Shown here one piece after another: positions 63,301-64,000 of a stretch of DNA of 64,000 nucleotides. The notes under the pieces were generated by a model. That model was not told the DNA's origin, did not search any database, and worked only from the letters and a program-made list of their open reading frames with translations. The stretch spans positions 1-64,000 of the forward strand of contig QPGO01000151.1 of NCBI GenBank assembly GCA_008632985.1. Reading direction: 5' to 3'. This DNA comes from Psammoneis japonica. Lineage: Eukaryota. Position 1 is the stretch's first letter. Every line of letters begins with the position of its first letter. The translations under genes were made by a program, and so were the position numbers.

Positions 63301-64000
63301 TCTGTCTGTCTTTCTGCATGCTGAGCACCTGATGCAGAACACCTCACAACCTGACCCCAGCCCCTCCCTTGCCAAATCCACTCTTTGAAGTCAGCCAAAA
63401 TGACCATTGTTTTCCTTGACGTCAGCCAAAACAATGGGTTGTTTTCCTTGACATCAAAAAAAAAAAACAGTTTGTTTTCCCTGGCATCAACAAAAACAAC
63501 AGGTTGTTTTCCTTGTCAGAGCAGACTCATCATCGTCCATGATGGCAGAAAACATCTGAGCATCAAACAACAATGACAGCCATCAATCCACAACAAACTT
63601 CAGTCAACAGGAGATGTGAAAAATTGTCCCCGCGAAATGACAACAACGATGCCAATTCATCTGCAACAAGTGACATCCTCTCTTGGAGAGGCAAACCACA
63701 GAAACCCAAATTAAACCACCAGCCGCACTGGCTTGGGAGGCCAAGACACATGGATGCAAGTCACAGGTGCCTGGCCTTGGTGCTGGGACATTGCAAAAAG
63801 ATGCAAGAGCAAAGGCTCCAACACCGCTCCCCCGTGACCAATTTTGCAAGCAGATCTGCCAAGTTCATTTCTGCACTCTCCTTGCCAACATGAATGGTGC
63901 CCACTGCAACCACCTCTCACACCACATGGCAGTTGATTGCACCATGCTTCTTGTGCAAAACCAATTCAGGAACACTTGCATTTTTTGCCACACCATGATC

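Larger units (their letters stand above)
58904..63627. mobile_element. ~4.7-kb element with long (>200 bp) terminal inverted repeats and internal satellites
   Basis: ACAATTTTTCACATCTCCTGTTGACTGAAGTT...TTGATGCTCAGATGTTTTCTGCCAT...CTGCTCTGACAAGGAAAACAAC at 58904-59030 is the reverse complement of ~63500-63627; subterminal repeats are mirrored at both ends. Confidence 0.85.
52082..64000. other. TpA-depleted hypermutated block C (TE relics and satellites), runs off the window end
   Basis: Near-absence of TA, CG loss and TG/CA excess over ~12 kb. Confidence 0.92.

Noticed and set aside
8350..64000. Classical fungal RIP as the cause of the composition bias
   Set aside because: RIP depletes CpA/TpG and enriches TpA; the opposite is seen here.

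Overview
Eukaryotic genomic DNA, most consistent with a diatom (short GT-AG introns, compact genes, bipartite 'AF'-type plastid presequences, diatom-style LRR and haloperoxidase-like genes). About 16 ordinary genes lie in normal-composition segments: LRR protein, SDHAF2, kinesin, C2-hydrolase, a small plastid membrane protein, dsRBD-like protein, acyl-CoA synthetase, TOP3B, Timeless, haloperoxidase-like protein, cereblon-like protein, GAF-cyclase, a hypothetical protein, PH-PP2C, HDAC and a TDP2-like protein. Three blocks interrupt them (~8.35-15.5 kb, ~33.5-37.7 kb, 52.08-64 kb). The first and third contain recognisable transposon relics, and the first also holds dead copies of host genes. 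The main signal is that TpA is almost eliminated in these blocks (none counted in ~1.4 kb at 9875-11305), with CpG depleted and TpG/CpA in excess. Conserved Tyr positions in the relics read Cys or His (TAY->TGY/CAY) and Arg reads Cys/His/Gln/Trp. In one sub-block TpA is gone while CpG is largely intact, and surviving TpAs sit mostly in TTTA/TAAA or TCTAGA. This suggests a repeat-targeted, context-specific A:T->G:C hypermutation process at TpA, RIP-like but opposite in direction to fungal RIP. The mechanism is inference only. Many genes carry single-base frameshifts at short homopolymers that look like assembly errors.
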